From NCBI GenBank assembly GCA_964368275.1, contig CAYJAQ010000002.1:1-59254 (forward strand): a stretch of 59,254 bases of DNA, read 5' to 3'. Below are positions 28,258-38,131 of the stretch, in pieces (the stretch's first letter is position 1; each line of letters starts with the position of its first letter). The notes under the pieces are model-generated. The model made no database searches. It was given only the letters and a program-made list of their open reading frames with translations, and was not told the DNA's origin. Source of the stretch: an uncultured Staphylococcaceae bacterium. GTDB taxonomy: Bacteria > Bacillota_I > Bacilli_A > ML615J-28 > CAG-313. The translations under genes were made by a program, and so were the position numbers.

Positions 28258-29469
28258 ATGCATAAGAAAATACTTTTTTTAACAATAATTCTACTCTTAA
28301 CACTTACTAGTTGTAAAAAAGTAGACTACATTAATGGTGCATTTGCTGTTGTATACAAGGATGATGTACCGTACTTAATTAACAAAAATATGGAAACCTT
28401 TTCTTTAGCAGAATATGATTATATCGTACCAACTTTTGGCGATTATCTAATTGTTGCTAAAAAAATAGGTGTTACATACTATTATGGTTACATTGATAAT
28501 ACTGGTTTAGAGATTATAGCACCAACGTACAATGCAGCTTATCCATTCAGTGATGGTAAAGCAGTTGTCAATGATGATGGCGTAACAAAAATCATCAATC
28601 TCGACAATCAGGTATTATATACTTTTTCCGAAGATAGTACTTCTTCCGCAAGTTATGCAAATGGTTTACTAAGATATGAAATAAACCAGAAATATAGTTA
28701 TTTAAATGCTGACTTTGAACCATTAACACAAACATTTGACTATGCTGAAGATTTTTCAGACGGCATAGCTGTTGTTGGTAATATTATTGAAGGGCACCTA
28801 AAGTATGGGTTCATTAACAAAAGTGGTGAATTCACAATAACTGACGGCTGCACTGCCGATTTTCTCGCAAATTATCACGACGGATTAGCACGAGTAGGTA
28901 CAATTGTTGATGATGCTCAAAATCCAGTAGTATACAAGTATAGTTATCTTAATCAAAATGGTGAATTATTAACAAATAGTTTAGGACAAGTTCTATCATT
29001 TGATTTTGCTTTAGATTTTTCAGAATCACTTGCAGTTGTCGCTGACTACTTTACCGAAGAAGGTTATGGTACGTACAAGATTCATAAATACTTAGACACT
29101 AATGGTGAATTTTCTGTTGTTATTCCTCGTGAAATGGCTGGCCATGGCGAAGGTTTATTCTACTTTGGTAGCTTCTGTGATGGTGTTGCCCGCCTTAGAA
29201 TGCGTTTCTCTGGTGCTGGTGCTTGGCATATTATCTACATCTATGATGGAATGCTTGAAGAAGCCGAAATAATTATGCCAGATGATATCAAAACCTTTGA
29301 TTCAGCTCACTATGCTACTCCTTATGAAATGACTGATTTCAAGATTAGTCCTTATTACAGCACAAATACTGCCCTTGCACGGGTAAGAATTTATACAGGT
29401 GAATATTCGTTGATTGATAGTGATGGTGTTTACATCCTTCCTGCTGAATACTCATTCCTCTTCTACTAG
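28258..29469 (+). CDS. WG-repeat (KWG) lipoprotein
   Basis: Lipobox LTLTSC. Repeated YGYIDxxGxxxIxPxYxxAxxFSDGxAxV units. Confidence 0.8.
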   Translation: MHKKILFLTIILLLTLTSCKKVDYINGAFAVVYKDDVPYLINKNMETFSLAEYDYIVPTFGDYLIVAKKIGVTYYYGYIDNTGLEIIAPTYNAAYPFSDGKAVVNDDGVTKIINLDNQVLYTFSEDSTSSASYANGLLRYEINQKYSYLNADFEPLTQTFDYAEDFSDGIAVVGNIIEGHLKYGFINKSGEFTITDGCTADFLANYHDGLARVGTIVDDAQNPVVYKYSYLNQNGELLTNSLGQVLSFDFALDFSESLAVVADYFTEEGYGTYKIHKYLDTNGEFSVVIPREMAGHGEGLFYFGSFCDGVARLRMRFSGAGAWHIIYIYDGMLEEAEIIMPDDIKTFDSAHYATPYEMTDFKISPYYSTNTALARVRIYTGEYSLIDSDGVYILPAEYSFLFY

Positions 29470-29478
29470 GAGGCTAAC

Positions 29479-31932
29479 ATGATAAAAATTACTAATCTTA
29501 ATAAATACTACAAGTCAGGCAATGAAAAATTTCATGCTCTAAAAGATATTAACATAACCTTTGGCAACTCAGGCATTCACTTTGTTCATGGTAAAAGTGG
29601 TAGTGGTAAGTCTACTCTACTAAATATTATTGGTGGACTTGATAGCTATGATAGTGGTGAACTAATTATTGACAATGTCAATACTAGCCACTTCACTAAA
29701 CGTAATTACAATACTTACCGTAATACTTACATTGGCTTTGTCTTCCAAGAATTTAACGTCCTAAAAGGTCTAAGTGTTTACGAGAATGTTGCTTTAAGTA
29801 TCGAATTACAACACTTATCAGTAAAAGAAAACCATTATAAAATTCAAGATATTATTGATAAGGTCGGTCTAACTGGACTAGAAAACCGAATGATGAATGA
29901 AATATCGGGGGGCCAACGTCAAAGAGTAGCCATCGCCCGTGCATTAATTAAAAATCCCCGGGTCATTATTGCTGATGAACCAACTGGTAACCTTGATAGC
30001 AAAAACAGCAAAATGGTTATGGACCTCTTAAAAGAATTATCGGTTGATCATTTGATTATAGTTGTTACTCACAATGATAAACTAGCAAAAGAATACGCCG
30101 ATCGTATTATTGAACTAAAAGATGGTGAAATAATCGGTGAAACCGGAACTAATAACATTGATGATGATCAACTTGATCTTACTCCTGTAAAAGTTCCTTT
30201 AAAAACCAGTTTGAACTTAGCCTTAAAAAGTATTGCTAAAAACAAACTACGTTTTATTGTAATGATTTTACTATTCACCCTATCCTTAACGTTTGCTGGC
30301 GTGGTAGTTAATCTATCCGTGGCTGATACCGCGAAAACTTATACTGAATATCAACAAGAATATGGCAACTTTGTTATTAATACTAGCAAAAACTATTTGT
30401 CACGTGGCAACGCCTTAACGACCGCTTTCTTTGATTACGAAGTGATGAATATGACAACAAAATATAATAATGATGAAGCTAGTACAATCCGATTACTAAA
30501 AGGAATGGATTACTTCCTACCAATCACTGACAGTGAAGATCCAAATGGCTTTTGGATGAACAACATTCAAAGAGTTCACCTCTATGACACCCAAGTAATG
30601 GCGCAATTCCCGATTATTGCAGGTCGTCTATCGGCTAGTGCATCAGCAATTGCTATTACCGACTATATCGCCGATAATCTATTACAATTAAACTACTTCG
30701 GTGAAGAGGTAACAACTCGCAATCAACTTTTGAATCAAAGATTAAGCTTTGATGGTTACAATGATGATCTAATTATTACTGGTATCATCCAGACCAATTA
30801 TTCTGATTTTCTTACAAGAGATATGAGTGACACCAAAGTATCTGCTGCGTTCAAAGATAATCTTGTTTTCTACAATTCTATCTTTATGCGTGATGATAAC
30901 TATAATACTTTCTATTCTTATGTAAACATTGATTATTCTTATGATGACATCATTTACGATGTTATGAATAAAACCGGAATGATCGAAAATGTCTTATTTA
31001 CAACTTATAGTAAAGCTCCTGATGTTCCTCATGCTGAATTAGGAAAGGAACCAACTAAACCTGAGGATGGTCAACCTACCCAACTCGCAGTATCAAGTGG
31101 ACTATTAAAAGCTATTTCCGGCATTGATGGAACCGTTGATGAGTTATTTAACAAAGTATACTACGAAATTACCTATGAAAAAACAGTCGGTAATTTTGTT
31201 ACTGGTAACATCTATTCCAATAACTACTTTAATGCTATTAGAAGAATTCCTGCATCTTTTGGATGCTGGATAACTGACGTTATTGATACTGATGAAGTTG
31301 CAATTTACCTACCAGATTTAGATGAAACTGATCTTTACAGTAAGTTCCTAAGTGCTACATATGGTGGTGGTGGCTTTGTTACTCTTTTAACTGATACCAA
31401 AGATTTACCAACTGCTGATATAGTAACTAAGAATTCTCAATATTACCAAGATATGGCAGATAACAATATTAATATTAATAACCTAGCTTACCAAAAAGTT
31501 ATGCTAGTTGATAATTTTATTGATGAAAACCTCTGGTTATTCATTGGTATCTTCTTTGTCTTTGGACTATTTAGTGTTCTTCTAATATTTAACTTTATCA
31601 TTATTAATATAAAAAATAGTACCCGCGACATTGGTATCTATATGTCTTTAGGATTGAGTGGGTTTAGAATTTCCTTAATCTACTTCTTCCAAGTTATCTT
31701 AATGGGACTTATTACTTTCGTGCTTGCAATTATTGCGGTCATGGCATTCTTGATAGTGCTTGACATTCGCTTTACTGCTTTATCAGCCGTTAATTTAACA
31801 ATCATCAAGATGACAGCAGTCGGCGTAGGAGCCGTCCTCGCAATTGCTACATTAGTACCAACCCTAGCTGTAATTATTCCACTCTTCAACCTCAGTCGCA
31901 AGCAACCAGTGGATGTTATCAAGAGTGTTTAG
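29479..31932 (+). CDS. Fused ABC ATPase-FtsX/MacB-type permease
   Basis: N-terminal NBD (GKSGSGKST, ISGGQRQR, IIADEPTGNLD), TM1, an extracytoplasmic domain of about 390 aa, and a C-terminal 3-TM FtsX module. Confidence 0.88.
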   Translation: MIKITNLNKYYKSGNEKFHALKDINITFGNSGIHFVHGKSGSGKSTLLNIIGGLDSYDSGELIIDNVNTSHFTKRNYNTYRNTYIGFVFQEFNVLKGLSVYENVALSIELQHLSVKENHYKIQDIIDKVGLTGLENRMMNEISGGQRQRVAIARALIKNPRVIIADEPTGNLDSKNSKMVMDLLKELSVDHLIIVVTHNDKLAKEYADRIIELKDGEIIGETGTNNIDDDQLDLTPVKVPLKTSLNLALKSIAKNKLRFIVMILLFTLSLTFAGVVVNLSVADTAKTYTEYQQEYGNFVINTSKNYLSRGNALTTAFFDYEVMNMTTKYNNDEASTIRLLKGMDYFLPITDSEDPNGFWMNNIQRVHLYDTQVMAQFPIIAGRLSASASAIAITDYIADNLLQLNYFGEEVTTRNQLLNQRLSFDGYNDDLIITGIIQTNYSDFLTRDMSDTKVSAAFKDNLVFYNSIFMRDDNYNTFYSYVNIDYSYDDIIYDVMNKTGMIENVLFTTYSKAPDVPHAELGKEPTKPEDGQPTQLAVSSGLLKAISGIDGTVDELFNKVYYEITYEKTVGNFVTGNIYSNNYFNAIRRIPASFGCWITDVIDTDEVAIYLPDLDETDLYSKFLSATYGGGGFVTLLTDTKDLPTADIVTKNSQYYQDMADNNININNLAYQKVMLVDNFIDENLWLFIGIFFVFGLFSVLLIFNFIIINIKNSTRDIGIYMSLGLSGFRISLIYFFQVILMGLITFVLAIIAVMAFLIVLDIRFTALSAVNLTIIKMTAVGVGAVLAIATLVPTLAVIIPLFNLSRKQPVDVIKSV

Positions 31933-31941
31933 GAGGCTAGC

Positions 31942-34452
31942 ATGATTAGATTAAATAAAATAAACAAATATTATCAATCTGGTAATGAATCAATTCATGC
32001 CATCAAAGACTTAAGCATTACTTTTCCTGACAAAGGCTTAGTATTTATTCTTGGTCAATCTGGCTGTGGTAAATCAACCCTTCTGAATATGTTAGGTGGT
32101 CTTGATAAGCCTGATAGCGGTGAAATATTAATTGAAGAACGTAACTTAAACGAGTTCTCAAAAGCTGAACTCAATGATTATCTAAACAGTTATTTAGGAT
32201 TCGTCTTCCAAGAATACAACATTCTAAAAGACTTAAACTTATATGAAAATATTAGTTTACCACTAGAGATGCAAAATTTGCCACGCAAGGTAGTAAAGAA
32301 AGCCGTTAACGAGATTTTAGAAAAAGTCGGATTAACTGAACTATCAAAACGTAAAATCAACCAACTATCTGGTGGCCAACGCCAAAGAATTGCTGTAGCA
32401 AGAGCTTTAATTAAAAATCCGAAACTTATTATCGCTGATGAACCTACCGGTAACCTTGATAGTACAACCGGCGAAACTATTTTTAACCTATTAAAAGAAT
32501 TATCACAAGATCGCTTAATTATTATTGTATCCCACGATGAAGAATCCGCTTACAAGTTTGGCGACCGGGTAATTCACATTAATGATGGAGCCTTAGAGCG
32601 CGACTCTAACCCAAATTTCTGCACAACACTTAATAATCAATTAGAACTCAAGAAAGCGCGTGTTCCGCTTAAAACAAGCCTTAAATTGTCACTAAAGAAC
32701 GTATGGAAGAAAAAATTCCGTTTTATGATAATGACCCTTATTTGTGCTTTATCACTTGCCTTCTTATCTTTCACACTCGAACTAAGAGGTGACAAATTAA
32801 GACAAAACATTTATACATCAATTGTTAATGATAATAATTATGTTGATATTTTAGCTAAGACTAATTTACCAGATGATTACATTAAAACTAGCTTCTATGA
32901 TGATTATATTGGTAATTCATTACCACTTGATTCTTATCAAAAGATCAAAGATAGCAATCCTAACCTTACCGTTCATCATTATCAAACAGCTGATATTGAC
33001 ATTGTTGGTCTTGACGATGAACGTGGCGACAATTACTATAAAGGTACCATTGAATACATTGTAAAATATGATTCAACCAACGACTATAACCTATTAGCTG
33101 GTCGCTTACCGATTGTGGGAAATAGAGAAATTCTCGTGACCGATTATTTAACTGCTATGTTTGACTACTTCAATATGTATGACAGTGATGGTACTGCGAG
33201 TGATTACATTGGTAAATATCTTCGTTTAGCATCTGGCCATGAATACAAAATAGTTGGTGTTCTTAAAACTAGTTACTTGAAATGGACTGACTTCTCAAAG
33301 TCAAAAACAATTGACGCTAGCTACAAAGTAAATTACCCTTATTTTAATGATTACAAAATGATGAATGCCATCTATTTGCTAGAAGATGATTTTAATCTTG
33401 AACGTAAAGCTAATATTCCTACTCTTGTCAAGTTAAATAATTACTATGCTAATACAAATGTTACAATTACTCCAAGACCAAATTGGGATGGTACACCTTC
33501 AACTGACAAAGTCGTAACCACAGCTATTAATGATTATGTTTTAACTAAAGATAAAGCTAATCTAATAAAACTACAACTACAAGGGTGGGGATCATCTAGT
33601 GTTAGTATTAGAGATGCCGGTTTACAACCAGTAAATGATGATGAAATCGTTATTCCACTAGAACTAGCTAAAGAACTTTTCCCTGATTATGTCTTAGATG
33701 TCGCTAGTGCTAATAATTTAAATAACACTTTCCGATATCGAATTCGAAACGCAGAATTAACTCTCGAAATTGTTAATCAAGCTACTAATGAAAGTGTTAA
33801 AAACACTTATCGAATTGTTGGTCTTACCGAAGTTAATTCAACAATTAATATGAGCGAAAACGGATTACGCAAAATTTATGATCACTTCAATGATCAAACC
33901 GAATTCTTATTAGCTGAATTACCTGCTAACGAAGAAACAGCATATTCATTATTTAAGACCGCTTATCGTAATGGTTACATTCTCGATGTTTGGGATTATA
34001 AAAACGATATTGACACTTATACAATTGACCCATTTGTTGATTTGTTATCAAAAGTCGGCTTATTTGTATTTGCCATTTTCAGTATTGGTATCTTATGGAC
34101 AATCATTACTTTGGAAATAGTTGATTCCAAAAAAGAAATCGGTATTTTCCGTTCAATCGGTCTAAGTGGTTTCAAGGTTTCTTTAATCTTTATTATTCAA
34201 ACTGTCTTCATTTGCATCTTCTCTTACGCAATTGCCTTAATTGTTGGCAAATATGCCTTAACTGTCTTCAATAGTACTGTTATGGATGAATTAAACTTAA
34301 TTCATTTATCGATGTACATGATGACAGCTACTTCACCAATTGCCCTTATCTTATTCTTAGTGGTTATTATCGCTGCGGCGTTATTCTTCCCATTATATAA
34401 GATAATGTCGCAAAAGATTATTGATGTAATTAGCGAGAGAGACGCTTTATAG
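31942..34452 (+). CDS. Fused ABC ATPase-FtsX/MacB-type permease (paralog of the upstream gene)
   Basis: Same architecture (GQSGCGKST, LSGGQRQR, IIADEPTGNLD; C-terminal FtsX). Confidence 0.88.
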   Translation: MIRLNKINKYYQSGNESIHAIKDLSITFPDKGLVFILGQSGCGKSTLLNMLGGLDKPDSGEILIEERNLNEFSKAELNDYLNSYLGFVFQEYNILKDLNLYENISLPLEMQNLPRKVVKKAVNEILEKVGLTELSKRKINQLSGGQRQRIAVARALIKNPKLIIADEPTGNLDSTTGETIFNLLKELSQDRLIIIVSHDEESAYKFGDRVIHINDGALERDSNPNFCTTLNNQLELKKARVPLKTSLKLSLKNVWKKKFRFMIMTLICALSLAFLSFTLELRGDKLRQNIYTSIVNDNNYVDILAKTNLPDDYIKTSFYDDYIGNSLPLDSYQKIKDSNPNLTVHHYQTADIDIVGLDDERGDNYYKGTIEYIVKYDSTNDYNLLAGRLPIVGNREILVTDYLTAMFDYFNMYDSDGTASDYIGKYLRLASGHEYKIVGVLKTSYLKWTDFSKSKTIDASYKVNYPYFNDYKMMNAIYLLEDDFNLERKANIPTLVKLNNYYANTNVTITPRPNWDGTPSTDKVVTTAINDYVLTKDKANLIKLQLQGWGSSSVSIRDAGLQPVNDDEIVIPLELAKELFPDYVLDVASANNLNNTFRYRIRNAELTLEIVNQATNESVKNTYRIVGLTEVNSTINMSENGLRKIYDHFNDQTEFLLAELPANEETAYSLFKTAYRNGYILDVWDYKNDIDTYTIDPFVDLLSKVGLFVFAIFSIGILWTIITLEIVDSKKEIGIFRSIGLSGFKVSLIFIIQTVFICIFSYAIALIVGKYALTVFNSTVMDELNLIHLSMYMMTATSPIALILFLVVIIAAALFFPLYKIMSQKIIDVISERDAL

Positions 34453-34467
34453 CAAATTAACTTCAAA

Positions 34468-34503
34468 AGGCGCAGACCAAAATAGTCTGCACCTTTTTTT
34501 ATT
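34468..34503 (+). terminator. Terminator after the ABC pair (convergent with the pullulanase gene)
   Basis: AGGCGCAGAC-7 nt-GTCTGCACCT (one mismatch) followed by TTTTTTTATTTT. Confidence 0.75.
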
Positions 34504-34510
34504 TTAATAT

Positions 34511-36589
34511 TTAACAACCTTTATTAATGATATAAACACCAGGTTTAGCGATAATAAGGGTATCAATTGCTTGATTTACTTTTTCCTTACCATTAAAGAT
34601 AAGTGTAGTTCCCGGTGCAAAATACAAAGCTTCCTCTTGATAATTATTCTTAATAATAATCTTGAGATTTGGTTCACCTTTTATAGTATAACTAATTGAT
34701 GCTGTTTGACGGACATCAAAAGTATACATTTTATCAATTAAATAAGGATCAGCAAGACGTAAAGGTGGATATTCTCGCCGAATAGCAAGTAGTGTCTTAA
34801 TCATTTTCAGATTATCTTGATATTGATCAATATCTTCAAAATTAATTTGATTAACCCCATCGCCTAAGTTATACGAGTTATCATAACCTTGTTTTGAACG
34901 AAAAAGTTCTTGACCTGCGTGAATGAACGGAACTCCCGCTGAAAGAATAACAATTGCGATACCTAGTGACGCTTGATCATGTAGTTCTTCGCTAGTCATC
35001 ATTGGGTTATTCTTTTTCAGTTGGTCAATCAGCGTGTAATTATCATGGCATTCTACATAGTTAATGCTTTGTTCGGCACTACTATAAAGAAATTCATTAG
35101 AAGCAGAACCTTTCAAAATATGACTCATCGTGTAAATATCCGGATGGCCACCACCTACGAAACCATTTCTGCTTTCAAATGGGCTACCCTTAATTGTATT
35201 TCGGAAAGTATCATTGAAAAATGCTATTTCAGGTACAGCCCAAAAATTATTACTAGTAGCACATTTATTAGCAGGAATACCAGTTGGAATATCCCATCCT
35301 TCGCCATAAATCATTGTATTTGGTTGGACATTTTTAGCAACTTCGACTATTTTATTCATTGTTTCATAATCAATCAACCCCATTAAGTCAAAGCGGAAAC
35401 CATCAATACTATAATTAAACATCCAGTGTAGAATCGAATCATTAATAAAACGACGCATCATCACTCTTTCAGTCGCTAAATCATTGCCACAGCCAGAGCC
35501 ATTGGTCATATATCCTCGGCCATCCGTCCGGTAGCAATATCCCGGTACAAGAATATTAAAGGGAAAAGTCTCATGGTGATAAACATGATTATAAACAACA
35601 TCCATATTCACTAGCAAACCTTTTTGATGGATCCCATCTACCATTTGTTTTAATTCATTGATTCTAGCATAAGGATCATTAGGATCACTTGCATACCAAC
35701 CACTTGGAACGTTATATTCAACTGGGTTATAACCCCAATTGTACATTGTATCGGGATTATTCTCATCTACTCCACCAAAAGCATTAATTGGCATTAATTG
35801 AAGATGGGTAATACCTAAATCCTTTAGATAATCTAAACCTGCCGGCTGATTATTCTTGGTAAATCTACTATCTAAAGCAGCTAAGTAATAACTCTGACTA
35901 GTAAGACGATTTGCTGAAAAATCTCTTAGATTAAGTTCGTAAATAACAGCATCAGTATAATTACCCGAAAATTTCGGTGTTTTATGTTTAAATTGATACG
36001 TTTTTCCCATATCTATTACATAATTAAATTCACTATTGGCATTTGATGATACCGCATATGGATCTAAGCAACGCTTCTTTTCACCATTGATACGAACCTC
36101 ATAATAATACTGAGCACATTCTAAATCGCCGGCTACTTCAATTTCCCATAAACCCTTATTCTTATATTCAAAATGGATGCTTTCAGTCGCTTTTTCTGGC
36201 AAAGTTAAACAAAGTTCAATCTCTTTAGCAACTGGCGACCAAACTCGAAAGGTTGTACTAGTCGGTGAATATTCAATTCCTAAAGGCCCTGTATAATTAT
36301 ATTCAATATCAAAACGGGGGCTCCGAATTATCTTACCTAAATCTAAGTGAACATTATCAATATTATTTAAACTAACAACATAATCAATATGAAGGCGAAT
36401 GCGACCACGGAAAGCTGTGTGAAGATGAATAACACCGTCTGCATCATCTTTTTTATAAACATAAAGTTTTATCTTACTCTTATTGCCAATTAAATAAAGA
36501 TTATTCAAGTCAACTAGAGCAAATACAGCATTGGGAATTAATAATTTAATATAATGATAATCTTCGAGATATGCTTTCACATTATTCAT
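34511..36589 (-). CDS. Type I pullulanase / debranching enzyme (GH13), no signal peptide
   Basis: GH13 regions MDVVYNHV, GFRFDLMG, GEGWD and VECHDN, plus the pullulanase signature YNWGYNP. Start uncertain: ATG at 36589, or at 36613 further upstream. Confidence 0.9.
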   Translation of the reverse strand: MNNVKAYLEDYHYIKLLIPNAVFALVDLNNLYLIGNKSKIKLYVYKKDDADGVIHLHTAFRGRIRLHIDYVVSLNNIDNVHLDLGKIIRSPRFDIEYNYTGPLGIEYSPTSTTFRVWSPVAKEIELCLTLPEKATESIHFEYKNKGLWEIEVAGDLECAQYYYEVRINGEKKRCLDPYAVSSNANSEFNYVIDMGKTYQFKHKTPKFSGNYTDAVIYELNLRDFSANRLTSQSYYLAALDSRFTKNNQPAGLDYLKDLGITHLQLMPINAFGGVDENNPDTMYNWGYNPVEYNVPSGWYASDPNDPYARINELKQMVDGIHQKGLLVNMDVVYNHVYHHETFPFNILVPGYCYRTDGRGYMTNGSGCGNDLATERVMMRRFINDSILHWMFNYSIDGFRFDLMGLIDYETMNKIVEVAKNVQPNTMIYGEGWDIPTGIPANKCATSNNFWAVPEIAFFNDTFRNTIKGSPFESRNGFVGGGHPDIYTMSHILKGSASNEFLYSSAEQSINYVECHDNYTLIDQLKKNNPMMTSEELHDQASLGIAIVILSAGVPFIHAGQELFRSKQGYDNSYNLGDGVNQINFEDIDQYQDNLKMIKTLLAIRREYPPLRLADPYLIDKMYTFDVRQTASISYTIKGEPNLKIIIKNNYQEEALYFAPGTTLIFNGKEKVNQAIDTLIIAKPGVYIINKGC

Positions 36590-37166
36590 AATCTTTTTCT
36601 TCTTCACTTTCATTATTAGTACTAGCATTTAAGATAAAGTATGTCGCAATAATAGAGGTACAACTAGCAACTACACCAACAAACATTGCGGCGTTTTTAG
36701 TAAAAACTTCCTTCTTAACATACTGATTACCGGTCGCTACATAAACAATGTTTTCTTTTGTGACAGGGCTATCAGCAAACGCATAGTATAATTTTAGATA
36801 AAAATTGCCTACACGCCCGCTTTCTACATCAAACTCAAGAAAATAATCATATTCGTTCGTTTCAACATCAAGAACTTCAGTATGAACCCAAGTACAATTG
36901 GTATTTTTAGTTCCATCTAAACGGCTCCAATTAAATGGATATTCTTTAGCACCATCAGCAAGTACAACTACTATTTCTAATGAATCTAGTTCAACATAGG
37001 TTGACCAAGTCATAGCAAGTTGAGTGGTGCTGCCCCCGATTGTTTTACTAACATCCATAGTAAAATTGTGCAGTTCCCATTCCTCTTCAGCATCTATTCC
37101 CACTGGCAACACTAATAAACACAAAAACGTAAGCAACAATATTAGGATACACTTATTCTTTTTCAT
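36582..37166 (-). CDS. Hypothetical exported protein with C-terminal TM anchor and acidic tail
   Basis: Signal peptide, an extracytoplasmic domain of about 130 aa, a TM segment (AAMFVGVVASCTSIIATYFIL), and an EEEKDYE tail. No family recognised. Confidence 0.55.
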   Translation of the reverse strand: MKKNKCILILLLTFLCLLVLPVGIDAEEEWELHNFTMDVSKTIGGSTTQLAMTWSTYVELDSLEIVVVLADGAKEYPFNWSRLDGTKNTNCTWVHTEVLDVETNEYDYFLEFDVESGRVGNFYLKLYYAFADSPVTKENIVYVATGNQYVKKEVFTKNAAMFVGVVASCTSIIATYFILNASTNNESEEEKDYE

Positions 37167-37596
37167 TTTGATCGTGCTCCTTATACTTTGCTAAATCTTC
37201 ATTCAATTTGCGAGATTCACGGTTTCTTCTTAGCAATAGAACTAATGCTAAAACAATAAAACCAACGACATTAATTGCAAGTGAAATTAGTAAAAAGTGT
37301 AAATTATTACGGGGGAACCAGCCACTAGTAAAACCAACCAGGTAAATTAGGAAGAGAATCGTTAAGTAAGTAACAACTATTTGGGTAATAAGAGTAACCT
37401 TATTAATCCGATAAAAAAGGTTAAGTAGAACACTGATAATAACAATATAAAAACAGATAAGTAAAATATTGCCAAAACGAATATTATGTTGACCAAAGAC
37501 ACCATAATCAATAATCATGTAAGACACCATCGTTGAAGCAAATACAATACTAAAAGTTACAAACATACTACGAATAATGTTTAACTTTTTCTTCAT
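37153..37596 (-). CDS. Polytopic membrane protein (DUF3021-like partner of LytTR regulators)
   Basis: 4 TM plus a charged C-tail. ATGA start/stop overlap with the LytTR gene. Confidence 0.6.
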   Translation of the reverse strand: MKKKLNIIRSMFVTFSIVFASTMVSYMIIDYGVFGQHNIRFGNILLICFYIVIISVLLNLFYRINKVTLITQIVVTYLTILFLIYLVGFTSGWFPRNNLHFLLISLAINVVGFIVLALVLLLRRNRESRKLNEDLAKYKEHDQNEKE

Positions 37597-38042
37597 TTTT
37601 TCACCTGCTCTCTTAACTTATTTTTAAAACTGCTTGCATAAAAACGGGTAATAATTATTTTTTCTCCATTATCCAAAACAGCCATAATCCGTCCATTTAC
37701 TAATGGGTGGACTTTTTTAATCTTATTAACACTTAAAATGATAGTGCGCGAAATCTGCGTAAAGGAAGTTCGCAGTAACAACTCACATAGTTCTTGAATT
37801 TTATACGAAATCTCATAAACAGCTTGGGCGGTGTATGCAAAAACATGATTTTCCACTGCTTCGAAATAATAAATATCACTTAACTTAATAACTACTTGCT
37901 CACCATCTAGTTTACCGAGAATGCTAATAAATTGTGCATTAATCACATCAACTAGACGGTCTATTTCCTCATTCTTGTGAGGACATCTAATAATTATTTC
38001 AACATCATCTTGCGTTTGAATCTCATCAACCTTTATCTTCAT
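37593..38042 (-). CDS. Stand-alone LytTR-family DNA-binding regulator
   Basis: LytTR pattern IKLSDIYYFEAVENHVFAYT...FTQISRTIILSVNKIKKV. No receiver domain. Confidence 0.85.
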   Translation of the reverse strand: MKIKVDEIQTQDDVEIIIRCPHKNEEIDRLVDVINAQFISILGKLDGEQVVIKLSDIYYFEAVENHVFAYTAQAVYEISYKIQELCELLLRTSFTQISRTIILSVNKIKKVHPLVNGRIMAVLDNGEKIIITRFYASSFKNKLREQVKK

Positions 38043-38100
38043 GATTATTAGCTCCTCTCTTCTTAGCTATTATATCATATTTTAATTAATTTTAAAATGA

Positions 38101-38131
38101 AAAAGAAAAAAACAGTATTCAAAATACTGTT
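38101..38131 (-). terminator. Terminator after the radical SAM gene
   Basis: AACAGTATT-TTG-AATACTGTT followed by TTTTTTCTTTT on the minus strand. Confidence 0.75.
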
